Source of the DNA: Gracilinanus agilis
Lineage: Eukaryota
Reading direction: 5' to 3'
NCBI RefSeq assembly: GCF_016433145.1
Contig: NC_058134.1
Span: forward strand, 281,496,414 to 281,560,413
Length of the DNA: 64,000 nucleotides
The translations under genes and the position numbers were made by a program. Below are positions 49,001 to 61,942 of this stretch, piece after piece. Under the pieces are notes generated by a model. That model was not told where the DNA came from and did not search any database. It saw only the letters and a list, made by a program, of their open reading frames with translations. The stretch's first letter is position 1. The number at the start of each line of letters is the position of its first letter.

Positions 49001-52000
49001 TTGATGTTTTTAATGGAAAAAGGGTCTCATAATTATCAAATATGCATAGATATTCCTACCAGCACTCTTTGCAGTAGAACTGCAGACCAAGAGAATGCAC
49101 AGCAATTATGAAATGGCCAAAACATCTTTGATACGTGAAATGTGGTGAGAAGGAATTCAGAGAAGCATGGAAAGGCTTACTGAAAAACTAATGAATGAGT
49201 ACAGATAATGACCTGGAGGGAAGGTTTTGAAATGACTAAAAAAATGAACAGTTTTTTAAAAATGTTTACATGAGGTTGTATAACCCTGTACATACTTTGT
49301 GTCCGCTCATCTATATACATGGTTCATCACTTCTAATAGAACCTAAGTTCCTTGAGGACTAGGACAATTTATTTTTTGTCTTTGCTTGTGGAGCACATTT
49401 GGTGCCTTGCTCTGAACATGCCATAGAAACCCCGGAAGACTTGTGTGAACTGATAAAATGTGAAAGGCGCAGAAGCAGGAGAAAGCCATACAGGGTAACA
49501 ACAATATTATAATTGTGATCAACTCTGAAAAACTTAGCTATTCGCATCAATACAATAATCCAACACAATTCCAAAGACTCATGAAGAAAAATGCTATCTA
49601 ACTCCAGAGAGAGAGAACTCTGAGTACCGTGTGACATTTTTTTCCATTTCATTTTTCTTGCTTTTTTTTTTTTTTGCAACATGGCAATATAGAAATACAT
49701 TTTACATGAATTCATGTGTATATTAGGTACCATATTGCTTGTCTGCTCAATGGATTGGGGAGGGACTAGAAGGAGAAAGAATTTGAAATTCTTAAAAAAA
49801 GAATGCCAAAAATAAATCATCATTTTTATGAATGAACATGCCATGTTAGACAAACAGAATCTTAAAGTGGTATAACAGGATGTAGCAAAAATCCCAGAAA
49901 ATCCCAAACTTCATTTTTACCCAACTTTCAAAATGAATTCTCCCCTAAAAAATTTTTCCCCAGAGTTGCTCATAAGCAGCAAAAATTACCTGGAATTTCC
50001 CCTTTTATCAATACTACCCTATAAAGAAGTAACAAAAGAGCCAAAGGGGCAGGAGAAAAGGGGATGGAATAGCAATCTCAATAATTAGCTATTCAAGAGA
50101 ACACAAGCATAAATAAATACTGACCCCAGTGAGTTATATCGTAAGGGTACAAAAAAGGGATGTCCAGAAATGAAAACTAATTTTAAAAATAACTCAAGGA
50201 TCTGCTCAATAGTTACAGTAATTCCCCAGGAAAAAAAGGCAAAAACACCCAGAATTCTTCCAGATTCTTCCAGAATTACTTAACAAACTCCCTACACTTC
50301 TGTCTAACCTGGTTTGTCATCTCTGACTCACTAATATATTGCAGACAGTATGAAATCATCTGGTTAAAAGGGCTGTTCTCATTGTCTGTAACTTCAGAGT
50401 CTGAACAGCTAATTTTCAAGATTCCACAACCATCCTCCCAATCCCCTAGACCCCATAAGGGGAATGCAAGATAAATCAAAATTCCCCTCACCACAACAAT
50501 CTATCCTGGACAAGTTCACTAAAAAGGTTCCCATGACTCCCTGATTGATCATTCTTGCCTTTTAAAGAAATATAAAGTCCAAAGAACTAGACACATATGG
50601 ATTCATGTACACAGAAGCCTGAATATATTTTATTTCTACTCCCATGCTTTGAGAAATTATAAGATTTTTTAAAAATAAGTCTACTTAGTGGGAACCACTT
50701 TTTGATTCCTATTCTCAGTCTCATTCTAGGGCTTACTACTACCAATACTCACCAATAAATAATGTCAACTGGTCCTTGAGAGAGTCTTCTCTATCAGGTC
50801 CAACTCTAAGCTGAGAAAGTTCAGCTGTCTCTAGAAAACCCTGAATATACACAGAAAGGAAAATGAAGATCAATTTGAAAAATTGCAAGCTTGTGATGTG
50901 GAAAAATAGTGACACTAATACATTATTGGTTGACCTGTGAACTGATTCAACCATTTTGGAGAACAATCTGGAATTGTGACCAGTTATAAAACTGTGTATA
51001 CTCTTAGACCTAGCAATACCATGATGGATCTGTATCTCAAGGTAATAAAGAAAAAAGGAAAAGAACCATTATGTTCTAAAATATTTATAGCAACTCTCTT
51101 TGTGGTGGCAAAGAAGTGGAAATTGAGGGGAAGTCCATCAATTGGGGAATAACTGAACAAGTTGTGGCACATGATTGTGATGGAATACATCATAAGAAAT
51201 GAAGAGCAGATTAATTTAAAACAAAACATGGGGGCAGCTAGGTAGCTCAGTGGATTGAGAGCCAGGCCTAGAGATGGGAGGTCCTAGGTTCAAATCTGGC
51301 CTCAGACACTTCCCAACTGTGTGACCCTGGGAAAGTCACTTGACCCCCAGTGCCTACCTTTACTACTCTTCTGCCTTGGACCAATACACAGTATTGACTC
51401 CAAGACGGAAGGTAAGAGTTTTAAAATAAATAAAAATAAAACAAAACATGGAAAGATCTACATGAAATTATGAAAAGCAAAACAAGTAGAAAAAAGAAAA
51501 TGTTATATACAGCTACAGAATAAATGTTTGAAGAATAACTTGTCAATGTCTTCCTCCAGAGAAAGAAGTGACAAATAAGTGACAAAAGACATAATTTACA
51601 TATACAAATATTTTTATGCTGAGCAATTGTCTGGTTCAGGCAGGGAAAATAATAAGGAAGATACCTGGGAATTTTTGTGTAATCAAAAAACAAATTTAAA
51701 AAAAATTATAAGCAAACCAAAATTAGGAGGAAAGCAACAAACTGGGAAAAAAACCTTTGTAACAAAACTCTCTGACAAAGGTTTACTTTCCCAAATACAT
51801 AAGGAATTAAGTCAAATTTGCAAAAAAATTCAAGCCATTCCCCAATTGACAAATGGTCAAGGTATGAATAGGCAGTTCTCAGATGAAGAAATCAAAATGA
51901 TCAATAATTACATGAAAAAATGTTCTAAATCCCTCCTGATTAGAGAAATGCAAATAAAAACAACTCTGAGGTACCACCTCACACCTAGCAGATTGGCCAA

Positions 52001-54768
52001 TATGGCAGCAAAGGAAAGTAATAAATGTTGGAGGGGATGTGGCAAAACTGGGACATTAATGCACTGCTGGTGGAGATGTGAATTGATCCAACCATTCTGG
52101 AGGGCAACTTGGAATTATGCCCAAGAGGCCTGAAAAGACTGCTTGCCCACTATCAATAATATGAAATAGGTCTTAATCAATGACACAAGTTAAAACCATC
52201 GGAAATGTGTATCAGCTATGGGGGGGGGGGGAGTCGGAGGGGTGAAGGGGAAAGTAAGAATATGAATCATGTAACCATGTTAACTTTTCTAAAAAATAAA
52301 TATTATTAAATGTTAAAAAAAAGACTCCTTGCCCTTTGATAATAGGGAAAAATATGTATACAAAAATATTTATAGCCATGCTCTTTGTAGTGGTAAAAAA
52401 TTGGAAAATGAAGGGATGTCCTTCAATTGGGGAATGGCTGAACAAATTGTGGCATCTGACAGTGATGGAATACTATTGTGCTGAAAGGAATGATGAACTG
52501 ATTTCTATGTAAACTGGAAAGTCCTCCAGGAATTGATACAGAATGAAAGGAGCAGAACCAGAAGAACATTGTACACAGAGACAGATACATTATGGCACAA
52601 TAAAATGTAATGGACTTCTCTACTAGCAGCAATGCAATGACCCAGGACAATCCAAGGAATTTATGAGAAAGAACGCTACCCACATCCAGAGAAAGAACTG
52701 TAGGAGCAGAAAGGCAGAAGAAAAACATATGATAGATCATGTGGTTCGATGGGGATATGTTTGGGGTTTGGGCATTAAAAGATCACTCTACGGCAAATAT
52801 GAATACTATGAAATAGGTTTTGAACAATGATACATGTATAACTCAGTGGAATTGCTTATCGGCTCCAGGAGGAGGGAGGAAAGAGGGGGTGAGAAAAATC
52901 ATGAATCATGTAACCATGGAAAAATATTCTAAATAAATAAATTATAACCAAAAAAAGGCACATGAATACCAACTAAAAAATAATAAAAATAAAAATTATA
53001 AGCAAAAAAAACAAAATCCACCAAGCTTACCTGAACAATAGTACTCTCTTCCAAATAAAGCAACAACTTAAACTTTGTTACTATATGGTTACCCTAATAC
53101 CATTTTCTCTGTTATATTAATAATAATTATGCATCTATAACAGATTTTTATATACAATCTCTTCTAACACCAGTGCCTTTAGAATATAAAGCACTTCAAT
53201 CTGGGTGATTTCTGAGGTTCTTTCAAAAGGACCTCAAAAAACATTCAGGTTCATCTCATCATTTTATAAATTAATAAATTAGTACCAAGAGAGGTGGAGT
53301 TGGAGCAGACAGTAGCAGAAAAGCTACTACTAAAACCCGAATATTGGTTCATATTCTTTTGCCTGTGCTATATAGTTTTATAAAGCATCTCACCATTCCC
53401 TACATAAAATAAAATTTTAAAAATTCCATTAAATAACATTTTATTCCCTGTGTCTCTGCTCATGAGACAGGTAGAGAGAAGGAGGAAACAACAAAAGCAT
53501 TGCAAATAATTGTTTTGGCAGCCAAATAAGACCAGAAATATACTAAAAACGAGTCTTCTCTATCTAACCATCTTGCAATTCCTTCCTTTTTCCATTTTAG
53601 ACACAGAGTCTGGGTTGAGCTATGAACTCAGAGATGACTCAGAGCCCAAACTCACCTTCCTGTATGTGGAGAGCTGTTCCCTAAGGCTCTGACAATACAG
53701 CATGGTTCCCAGGGCCACTTGCTGGACCAGTTGTTGAAACTTTAAATTTCTAGAAACAAAATCTGTCTCACAGTTCACCTGTAGGTAAAAATTATGATAT
53801 AAACGACAGTTTGGTGGCAAATTCCTAAAAATGAGAAGGATTAATTTTTGTACAAACAAAAATAAAGCTAGATTGTATTTTAGACATAACTACATCTCCT
53901 TAATCTTTAAATCACCATTCCTATGCCATCAGAAGTCCAGAAATTTAAGTGACTCTTGCCATAATGAATTAGACAACATGCCAGTTGAGAAAATCTTTTC
54001 AGAACATTACCAGTGATGCTTTGAGCATGAATTTATAACTAAGCTGGACCTTCTCCCTTTTAATTTTATTTCCCATCTTCATTTCCTTTGTTCTAGACCT
54101 TATTTGTCCTCTCCTTTCCCTTTTTCTGATCCTTCATCTACAATGACACCCAAACTTCTTCCAAGTCCCCTCCCCTCTCTCCATCAGTTAATGTACATAA
54201 TTTCTAAGCCCTTGAGGAAACCTTTCAAGACTAGATGAAGAAGCATGGATTCATAACTACCTTGAATTAACAACTGAACATTTAAGCAATACCTATGATA
54301 TGCATGAAAATCACTAAAGACCTAATCAGAACATGGCATGGAAGTAACACTAAGATTTTAAAGGCTGTGCCAGTGGGACAAAAACTCTAAAAGGTCCTAC
54401 AGCAAGCTGGAAAGGTTTCAAGTCAAAGCCCCTATGATATCTATTATTTGTCTGTTGTCCAAGAAGAAAACTAACTAAATTTGGAGGGGCTCCTCCCAGA
54501 TTGTCCAAAGAATAATGCCAAAAAATCTCTCAAACACAATTTGCTAAGTTTTAGAGAAGCTATGATTGACATCAAAAGTACTATGGCAAGGGGGCAGCTG
54601 GGTAGCTCAGTGGATTGAGAGCCAGGCCTGGAGACGGGAGGTCCTGGGTTCAAATCCAGCCTCAGACACTTCCCAGCTGTGTGACCCTGAGCAAGTCACT
54701 TGACCCCCATTGCCTACCCTTGCCAATCTTCCACCTATAAGTCAATACACAGAAGTTAAGGGTTTGAA

Positions 54769-54799
<31 letters not shown>

Positions 54800-57700
54800 A
54801 TGGCAAGACAAAGCTGGGGACACAGAAGTTATGGGCAAGTAAATACCCTTGATGCCAGGAATACAAAGATGAAGTTAATCAAGTGGCTTCACTCAAGGAA
54901 CTTACATCTTGGCAATAGGGGAAATGAGGGGTTTGTATAAATGGAGATTTTGAACCTTGGACTTCATCCCCCATAAATCCTTAGTTTTCCCAAAATTCCC
55001 TTTAATCTCTCCTGTGCCTCCATGTTTTCATGGTCATGTTATTGTTTATAGTTGGCTGTAACTCCTCCCTCTTCCTCTTTTGCTCCAGGGAGTGAGCTCT
55101 GTGAGTTCAGCACCTTTTCCTCTAGTTTTTTTTTTATGTTAGTTTATTATTAATAAAACTTTATAAAATATAATATTTAGTTATTGAATATTAATTTTAA
55201 AATTCACAGGTTGGAAGAGATTTGATCCATGAATTTTCAATGGCATGGGAAACTCCCTCTATCTAAGCAAGTCAATACCTTTTCTTCAGATTATTATTTC
55301 CAGTGACTTATCCAAGGTCACAAGGACAATCTGAGTCAGAGAAGGGCCTTGAATTGCCAGTTTTCCTGGTTCCAAGACTAGCTTTCTATCTATTACACAA
55401 TACTGCCTCTCTAAAGGTAAAGAGATAAACACAAATTAGAATAAAAATGCAACGGAGTATTCGGAGAGACCCAAGAAGATAAACTTCGTCTCAATATTCC
55501 TTTGTGCATTTTTATATAAAACTGAGATCACTGAGACCATATGTATTGATGACTTCTGATTACACTGCCTACTTAGTTCCACTGAATCTCTGACAACTCT
55601 TCTGGAGTTTATAACTTTTCCATCCAAAATATCTGGTACAAGTAATAAAATATTTTAAGATCAACACCTATTCCTGGAAAGTGGTGTACTTGAGGGGCTC
55701 ACCTCTACCATTACAGCTGAATTTCCTTCTTGTAACAATCCAATCAGCCCTTCTTTAGTTTTTCTACCCTGAAGTTTAGTAGCTTTGCTCCATCCTTCCT
55801 TCTGGGCCTGCTTATGTAGCCAAGCTTCTGCCTGCAGATCATAGGAGAAGGAAAAAAAGCATGTCAGATATAGAATTCTGGAACTGCAAAGTCTAAACGT
55901 TTTCCTGTCTTTAATTTCTCTCTGTTTGCTCTGAACTCCAAGATGTTTAATAAAATGACAATCTGGAGTGTAAGGCAAAAATCAAGTCTTGTAATAATGG
56001 GTTCCTGAGATAAAAAGTCTTCATCATCTACTTTTTAAAAAATAACCCTTATTTCCCATCTTAGAATCAATATTGTGTATTGGTTCCAAGGCAGAAGAGA
56101 GGTAAGGGCTAAGCTGGGGTTAAGTGATTTGCTCATGATCAGAGAACTAGGAAGTATCTGAGGCCACATTTGAACTCCAGACCTCCCAATTCTAGGCAAC
56201 GCTCTCTATCCACTGAGCCACCTACAGTTATAGCTCTATAACAGGAAAGGCTTAATACATTCAGAATAATAGCAACTAACATTATATAATACCTTCCTTC
56301 ACAACTGGCTTCAAAGATTTATTTTGAAAAAAGCCTGTATTTGGCCAACATGGAAATATGTTTTGCAAGACTTCACATATACAATTGATATACGTTATTT
56401 ACATCTATATACATGTATATAGATGTATGTATGTATTAGGATCATTTTACAGATAAGAAAATGTTGGGGAAGTTAGGGTATCTGAGTCCAAATTCAAGCT
56501 TCCTCCTCCTACTACCTCCCAAAAGAAGGTTCCAAGGTCCCAAAGCCAATCCGAGTCAAAAATGGCCCTTGAATTTCCAGTCTTCCTGACTCCAAGACTA
56601 GCTTCTCTTTACCACTTGAAAGGCACAAAGGTCTCCGCCTAGAAAATATGGGGCTAGCAGTAGTCCTGAATTAAATTCTCCCCAAATTAAGGCCCCATAG
56701 GCTGGAGTATTGGATTTGGAGTCAGAAAGGTTTATTTAAATCTTGCCTTTAATACTAACTGTGTGAATCAAGCAAGTCACAACTACTTTGAGACTTCATT
56801 TCCTCCTCTATAAAATGTATGTCTTACTTCTCAGGACTGTTGGAAGGTTCAAAGGAGGGAATGTGTATAACTTTCTGCATACTTCAGAATGCTGTCTATA
56901 TGTCAGCAGGGTTGTTCTGATATAGTTGTTTCCCTTGAGTAGAGGCTTGATTGCATGGTTAAATGAATGAGAGGCATGACTCCATGAACACTTTTGCTAT
57001 AAAACTATAAAACATAACCATTATTTGTTAAATGAATATCATAAATACTGATTGAGCATGATAAGAGTGGGGGGGGAAAGGGAGTGGAGGTTCTTGGCCT
57101 ATAGTTCCTAAATTTTAATATTGTGACAAAATACAACTGATCTCCTCTGTAATCCTATGTATTTAAAACATTCCTCTTAGAAGGGGTCCACTGGCTTCAC
57201 CATTCATTCATTTTTTGTTTTTAAAACCTTTACCTTCTGGTCTTAGAACCAATACCAAGGACTGTTTCCATGACAGAAGAATGGTAAGGGCTAGGCAATT
57301 GAGTTAAGTGACTTGCTCAGGGTCACACAGCTAGCAACTGTCTGATGCTAGATGGGAATTCAGGTCCTCCTGACTCCAGTTCTGGCTCTCTATCCAGTGT
57401 GCTACCAAGTTGCCCCATTCATTGTTCACTCATACAATAAAATTTTATTAAGTTCCTACCATAATCGATGGGGATACAAAAGGAGACAAAAGCCAATCCC
57501 TGTCCTTAAGAAGTCACAATCTAATGGATTTGCCAGATAGCCAAAGGCTCAATACAGGTTAAGAACTTCTTCCCTGGAACTCTGAAGGGCCGAGTTCAGA
57601 TCCAGTCCTAAATCTTCCAACCCATGTGACCTGGAATAAATCAACTGAACTCCGCCTCAGAGTCCACTCAAGGAGACTCATTTTAAATGCAATATGAGGG

Positions 57701-58399
57701 CCTCAAGTTTCCTTCCCTGTCCAAAGAGCTTTCCCTCACCTGGGCCAGGTCCCCGCCACAAGTTTCCAGCGCTTTCTTACAGTTGGTGAAGGAGTAACCC
57801 GTCTTCCGCCTCAGCTTCTGCAGATGCTCCTTGCTGGAGACCACCTCGGGCCTCACAACTCCGAAGAGGCGGGACCCCAGGAGCACCTAGGGAAGCAGGC
57901 AGGAGGTGAGAAGGGAGGGGCCCAAGGGTCGGGGGAGGAGTAGGGAGGGGGAGGAGGCTGGAGGTGAGGGAAAGACCGGAGGAGGGCAGGAGGAGGAAGT
58001 AAGAAGGTATTCGAAGGAGAAATAAAGAGTATAGGGGAGGCAGGAGGGAAGAAGGGAAGCAGCCTGGAGTGGGGTGGGCAGAGGTAAGGAGAGACACGAA
58101 GGGCAGTAACTAGGGGGAGAATGGGAAGAGTGGAAGTGAGAAGGAGGTGGGAAGGGAGCAACCTGGAGGAAGGGAGAAAAGAAGTAAGAAGGGGGCGGGA
58201 GGAAGGCAACGGGGGTAGCGGGCCAGACGAGGTGATGGGGGGAAGAGGGAAAGCTGCAGCCTAGGTGGGAAAGGGAACCTGCGAAAGAGGAGGCGGTGGA
58301 GAGAGCTGGGTGGACTCGAGCTCCGCAGCCACATCCCCTTACCGGACGGCTCCGGCGCCCCAAGTCCCGGAAAAGGCGCAACAAGGGAAAGAAGGACAT
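46021..58399 (-). CDS. TSFM: Mitochondrial translation elongation factor Ts, 6 exons, 951 nt = 316 aa + stop
   Basis: Exons on -: 58399-58343 ([19 protein letters not shown]), 57886-57740 (...[33 protein letters not shown]), 55831-55703 ([17 protein letters not shown]...), 53778-53656 ([11 protein letters not shown], the EF-Ts signature), 50840-50753, 46427-46021 ([14 protein letters not shown]...[14 protein letters not shown]). All GT-AG. Confidence 0.96.
46680..47700 (+). mobile_element. Old L1 ORF2/3' fragments
   Basis: A-rich; GAGAAGCATCTAGCTGAAGGATAATCTTTGCAACAAATCTC... resembles the L1 ORF2 end. Confidence 0.6.
48238..48462. mobile_element. MER58/Charlie-like hAT MITE
   Basis: TAGGGGTGGCAAACT...CAAATCTGGCCCACC...TGCAGGCCATAGTTTCCCAATTTCT (inverted termini). 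Confidence 0.65.
48635..48801 (+). mobile_element. SINE1 nested in an L1 relic
   Basis: GAGAGCCAGGCCTACAGAC...GAGTTCAAATGTGGCC...GAAGGTAAAGGTTT. Confidence 0.8.
51232..51437 (+). mobile_element. SINE1 with a 14-bp TSD, inside an L1 3' fragment (~50850-51560)
   Basis: TSD AAAACAAAACATGG 51218-51231 / 51438-51451. Confidence 0.95.
51700..52950 (+). mobile_element. L1 ORF2 C-terminus plus 3'UTR, with a nested 5'-truncated L1 (52149-52319)
   Basis: Translates to [29 protein letters not shown]...[16 protein letters not shown] (ORF2 Cys-rich end); nested insert has TSD AAAGACT(G/C)CTTGCCC 52134-52148 / 52320-52334. Confidence 0.9.
54591..54790 (+). mobile_element. Young SINE1 with a 17-bp TSD
   Basis: TSD AAAAGTACTATGGCAAG 54574-54590 / 54791-54807. 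Confidence 0.96.
54934..55208 (+). mobile_element. Probable solo LTR (ERV1-like, 4-bp TSD)
   Basis: TG...CA termini, flanking GGTT/GGTT, internal AATAAA near the 3' end. Confidence 0.6.
56032..56224 (-). mobile_element. SINE1
   Basis: AACCCTTATTTCCCATCTTAGAATCAATATTGTG...CCACTGAGCCACC. Confidence 0.85.
57211..57416 (-). mobile_element. SINE1
   Basis: T-run, AAAACCTTTACCTTCTG...CTACCAAGTTGCCCC. Confidence 0.85.
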
Positions 58400-58720
58400 G
58401 TTCTTCAGCCCCGGCAGCAGCTGCCGGCTGACTAGGGTGCATGCGCGAACCAGAAAGGGCAGGGGCAAAGGTGGAACCTACGGAGCGACGGCTGGGACAA
58501 ACCTCTCAAGCCGGCCCCGGACTCGAGTTAGGGGAGGGCAGTGCTATCCGCCAGCCTGAGGTTCCCTGATTCGTTGGGCGTCCGAGGGGAAATGGAACGT
58601 CGCTCAAGGATTGGCTAGAGCGGGAAAAGGGGTGTGTCATTGTCCCGAAGCCCCCTCTACGGCACCTGCCAATTACTGTGGTACCCCAGTTAGGTTCAGA
58701 GAAGAGGCGGGAAAAGCTCG
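58300..58720 (-). promoter_or_regulatory. TSFM CpG-rich promoter / exon 1 region
   Basis: CpG cluster around the ATG; NRF1-like GTGCATGCGC 58437-58446 (9/10 to GCGCATGCGC); CCAAT boxes 58610-58614 (-) and 58669-58673 (+). Confidence 0.7.
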
Positions 58721-59809
58721 TGGTAGGGAATAATATTGATGTTTATACACTTAAAGTACTTGGCTCACAGCTTCCCCGATGAGGGAGATGGTGCAAAGAG
58801 TCGTCCTCATTTTAGAGAGGAGTAAACCGAGGTCCAGAGAGGTGCCTTTTTACGTAACTGATCCAGAGACTGAGCTCTTTAAGAGTGAGGACTGTCTGCC
58901 TTTCTGTGCATCCCCAGCACTTAGTACTGTGCTTGACACACAGTAGGAGCTTTAAAAAAAATGCCTTTTCAATTCCAATGCCCTTTACACTAAACCATTC
59001 TCCCTCTTTTAGGAAGCGATAGGCCTGCTGCACCCTAAATCCCTACCACCCTCAAAATGGGAAGCTCAGTCTGGAATTAGACACTCCATTCTCCTGTGTT
59101 CCTACATATAAAACAAGCTAAATACCCTTTCTTCCAAAGCCTAATAAACTTTAGGGCCTTAGATGCAGAAGAGACTTTAAATGTTCCTATCTTTCCTTTA
59201 AAAAAAAGAAAAAAGAAAGAAAAAACGAAAACAAAATTGAGAGCATGCCTACCACCAGGGTAAGCACGTGAATCATAAAAGAATATTTATTCATTGGTTA
59301 CTATGTGAAAAGCACTAAGTGTTGGGGATACAGACAGAAAAGCAAGGAAGTCCTGCTTGCTGTAAGAGACAGAGTCAGAGGCAATTACTCTGCCAATGAC
59401 CCACAATATCCCATCAAAATTCTTTCCCTCTCCCCATCCCAAAAGCTCCAGGTCAGTTTTCCTGCTCAGCCTCCACATCCAAGAACAAGAATTAAGAACC
59501 TTATTATGGTCTACCCATCAGGGCTTTTGTGAGGCAGGGGTCTGGGGCTTCCAATAAGTTGATGCCCAGGTTTTGATTTGGAAGAAATGGCAAAGTTAGG
59601 ATGGGGACAAGAGAACCAAAGAAAGTAGAGAAATGAAGACAGAGAAACTCCTGCCCAGGACCCAGGAATCAGCGGTGTTTGGTCATTATTCTTGGCTCTA
59701 TATATGCCAATATTCTTCACTTCTTCCCAATATCAAGAGAAAGAAGACTGGTCAGAGGAATGTGTGTGATTAGTGGTACGGAAGAGCTAGATATGGCATC
59801 AAATGCCTC

Positions 59810-60244
<435 letters not shown>

Positions 60245-60334
60245 TCACCCTTCAGAAAAGCCTCAGAAATTTTCAGTTCTTAGTAACTTCAGAAAAGTGA
60301 CTCCTTATTGGCTCTCAAAATTCAGCAAACATAA

Positions 60335-60600
60335 TTGCAGAGGGTAACATTTATAAAGCACTTTGCGGATTATAAAAGGCATTTTTTGCATACATCATAT
60401 TTGATCCTCAAAACAATTCTCTGAGGTAGAGATGGTATTATTATATCCGTTTTACAGATGAGGAACCTAAGGTTGATGGAAGTTAAGTGATTTGCCCAAG
60501 ATCACATAGCTACTAAGGGTCTGAGGTAGGATTTGAAGGCAGATCTTACAGATTCCAAATCCAAAATTAGCTCCACTATACAACTTAGTTATCTCAAGTC
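60335..60600 (-). mobile_element. MIR
   Basis: ATTTGATCCTCAAAACAA...TTTTACAGATGAGGAACCTAAGG...AAGTGATTTGCCCAAGATCACATAGCTA. Confidence 0.8.
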
Positions 60601-60823
60601 ATTGTGTTTGATGCTGAGAACATAAAGGTGACAAAAACAAAGCCTTGTCTTCAAGGATATTCAAGCTTATGGGGGGAAAAGTCACATGTACACAGTTAGT
60701 TATGATAGAAGGCAGATTTTTTAGTGACAAAACAGTTTCTAACACAAACCCAGTCAGGAATTCAAGTATTCCCAAACTATCTCAGCAACCTCATCTTTCA
60801 GTGCTATAAAAAAATGGAATTCT

Positions 60824-60994
60824 GGAAGCAGCTAGAAAACCAGCCCTGAGGTTGGGAGGAAGTGGGTTCAAAACTGGCCTCAGACCTTTCCTAGAGGTGT
60901 GATCCTGGGCAAATCACTTAATCCCAATTGCTTAGCCCTAGCCAAATTGATTCTTAGTATCAATTCTAAGACAGAAGGTAAGAGTTTTAAAAAA
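60824..60994 (+). mobile_element. SINE1
   Basis: GGGTTCAAAACTGGCCTCAGAC...TGTGATCCTGGGCAAATCACTTAA...AAGACAGAAGGTAAGAGTTTT. Confidence 0.8.
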
Positions 60995-61478
60995 TGAAAC
61001 TAAGACAAATCAATCCTCTCTTTTTACCTTTTATATAACTTGTATATTTGACAGAGAATAGCCTCCTCCCCACAATACTTCAATCTTACTGTCAACTGCC
61101 CAGAACAGCATATAACTGTTTTAGAAGAGAATGAGATGAATAAAATAGTTGGAGGAAGGATATGGTAATGGTGGAGTAAAGAGATTATTAAAAATAATTC
61201 CCTGAAAATTAACTGATTAATACGGATTGAGGAGTCAGACAAATATTCCAATTGGGGGAAAAGAGCATATAACAATAGTATACAAGGACACCTGTCTAGT
61301 GCCTAACAGAAAATAGATAATATTATATAATAGATAATAAATTATTGTTGATCAACTGTTCACGCTAACCTCTGACCTCAAAGTCAACATAGATGTTGAT
61401 GTTCCTTTGAGCATGCTTATCTCCCAATTCATTAACCTCCTTAACATCCATACTCTTTGTTCTCTGTCATAAATACAC

Positions 61479-61498
61479 CACACACAGACACAGACACA

Positions 61499-61536
<38 letters not shown>
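61479..61536. repeat. (CAGACA)n(CA)n microsatellite
   Basis: Direct inspection. Confidence 0.95.
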
Positions 61537-61539
<3 letters not shown>

Positions 61540-61942
61540 GAAGGACCAAACTGAAGTGTTATACCTCCCTGATGTTCAAGTCCCAACTTCCTATTTTCAT
61601 TCATGAAGTCCTATCCTTCCATCTCCTTTCCGTTAATCCTCCCATGCCTATTCCATGTCTACACAGGACTTTTAGTCTCTCTTCTACTGCTACCACCAAC
61701 TCCATCCTATATCTCAATCTATCATTCTGACTCAGTTTCCTTACTTTTACATCACATTGCCTTGTACAAGGAAAATAATTGCTAGTAGACTGAATGACTC
61801 AACCTCAACGTTGACCCCTTTAATTCTCTAATCTAGAATTCTTTGTCCCATTATCCTATCATTGGTTATACTGTGCCAAAACAAATACCCAAGGGGTTGC
61901 TTCTATCATCCTTCTCCATTCATATTCCCAGCTACAGAATAT

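Noticed and set aside
49359-49907. 182-aa hydrophobic ORF on -
   Set aside because: Antisense reading of A-rich, L1 3'-like sequence; F/K-rich by composition, no recognisable domain.
51579-52133. 184-aa ORF
   Set aside because: Frameshifted L1 ORF2 C-terminal relic, not a host gene.
57887-58468. 193-aa, 110-aa and 118-aa P/S/L-rich ORFs over TSFM intron 1
   Set aside because: By-products of the pyrimidine tract; only 58399-58343 is a TSFM coding exon.
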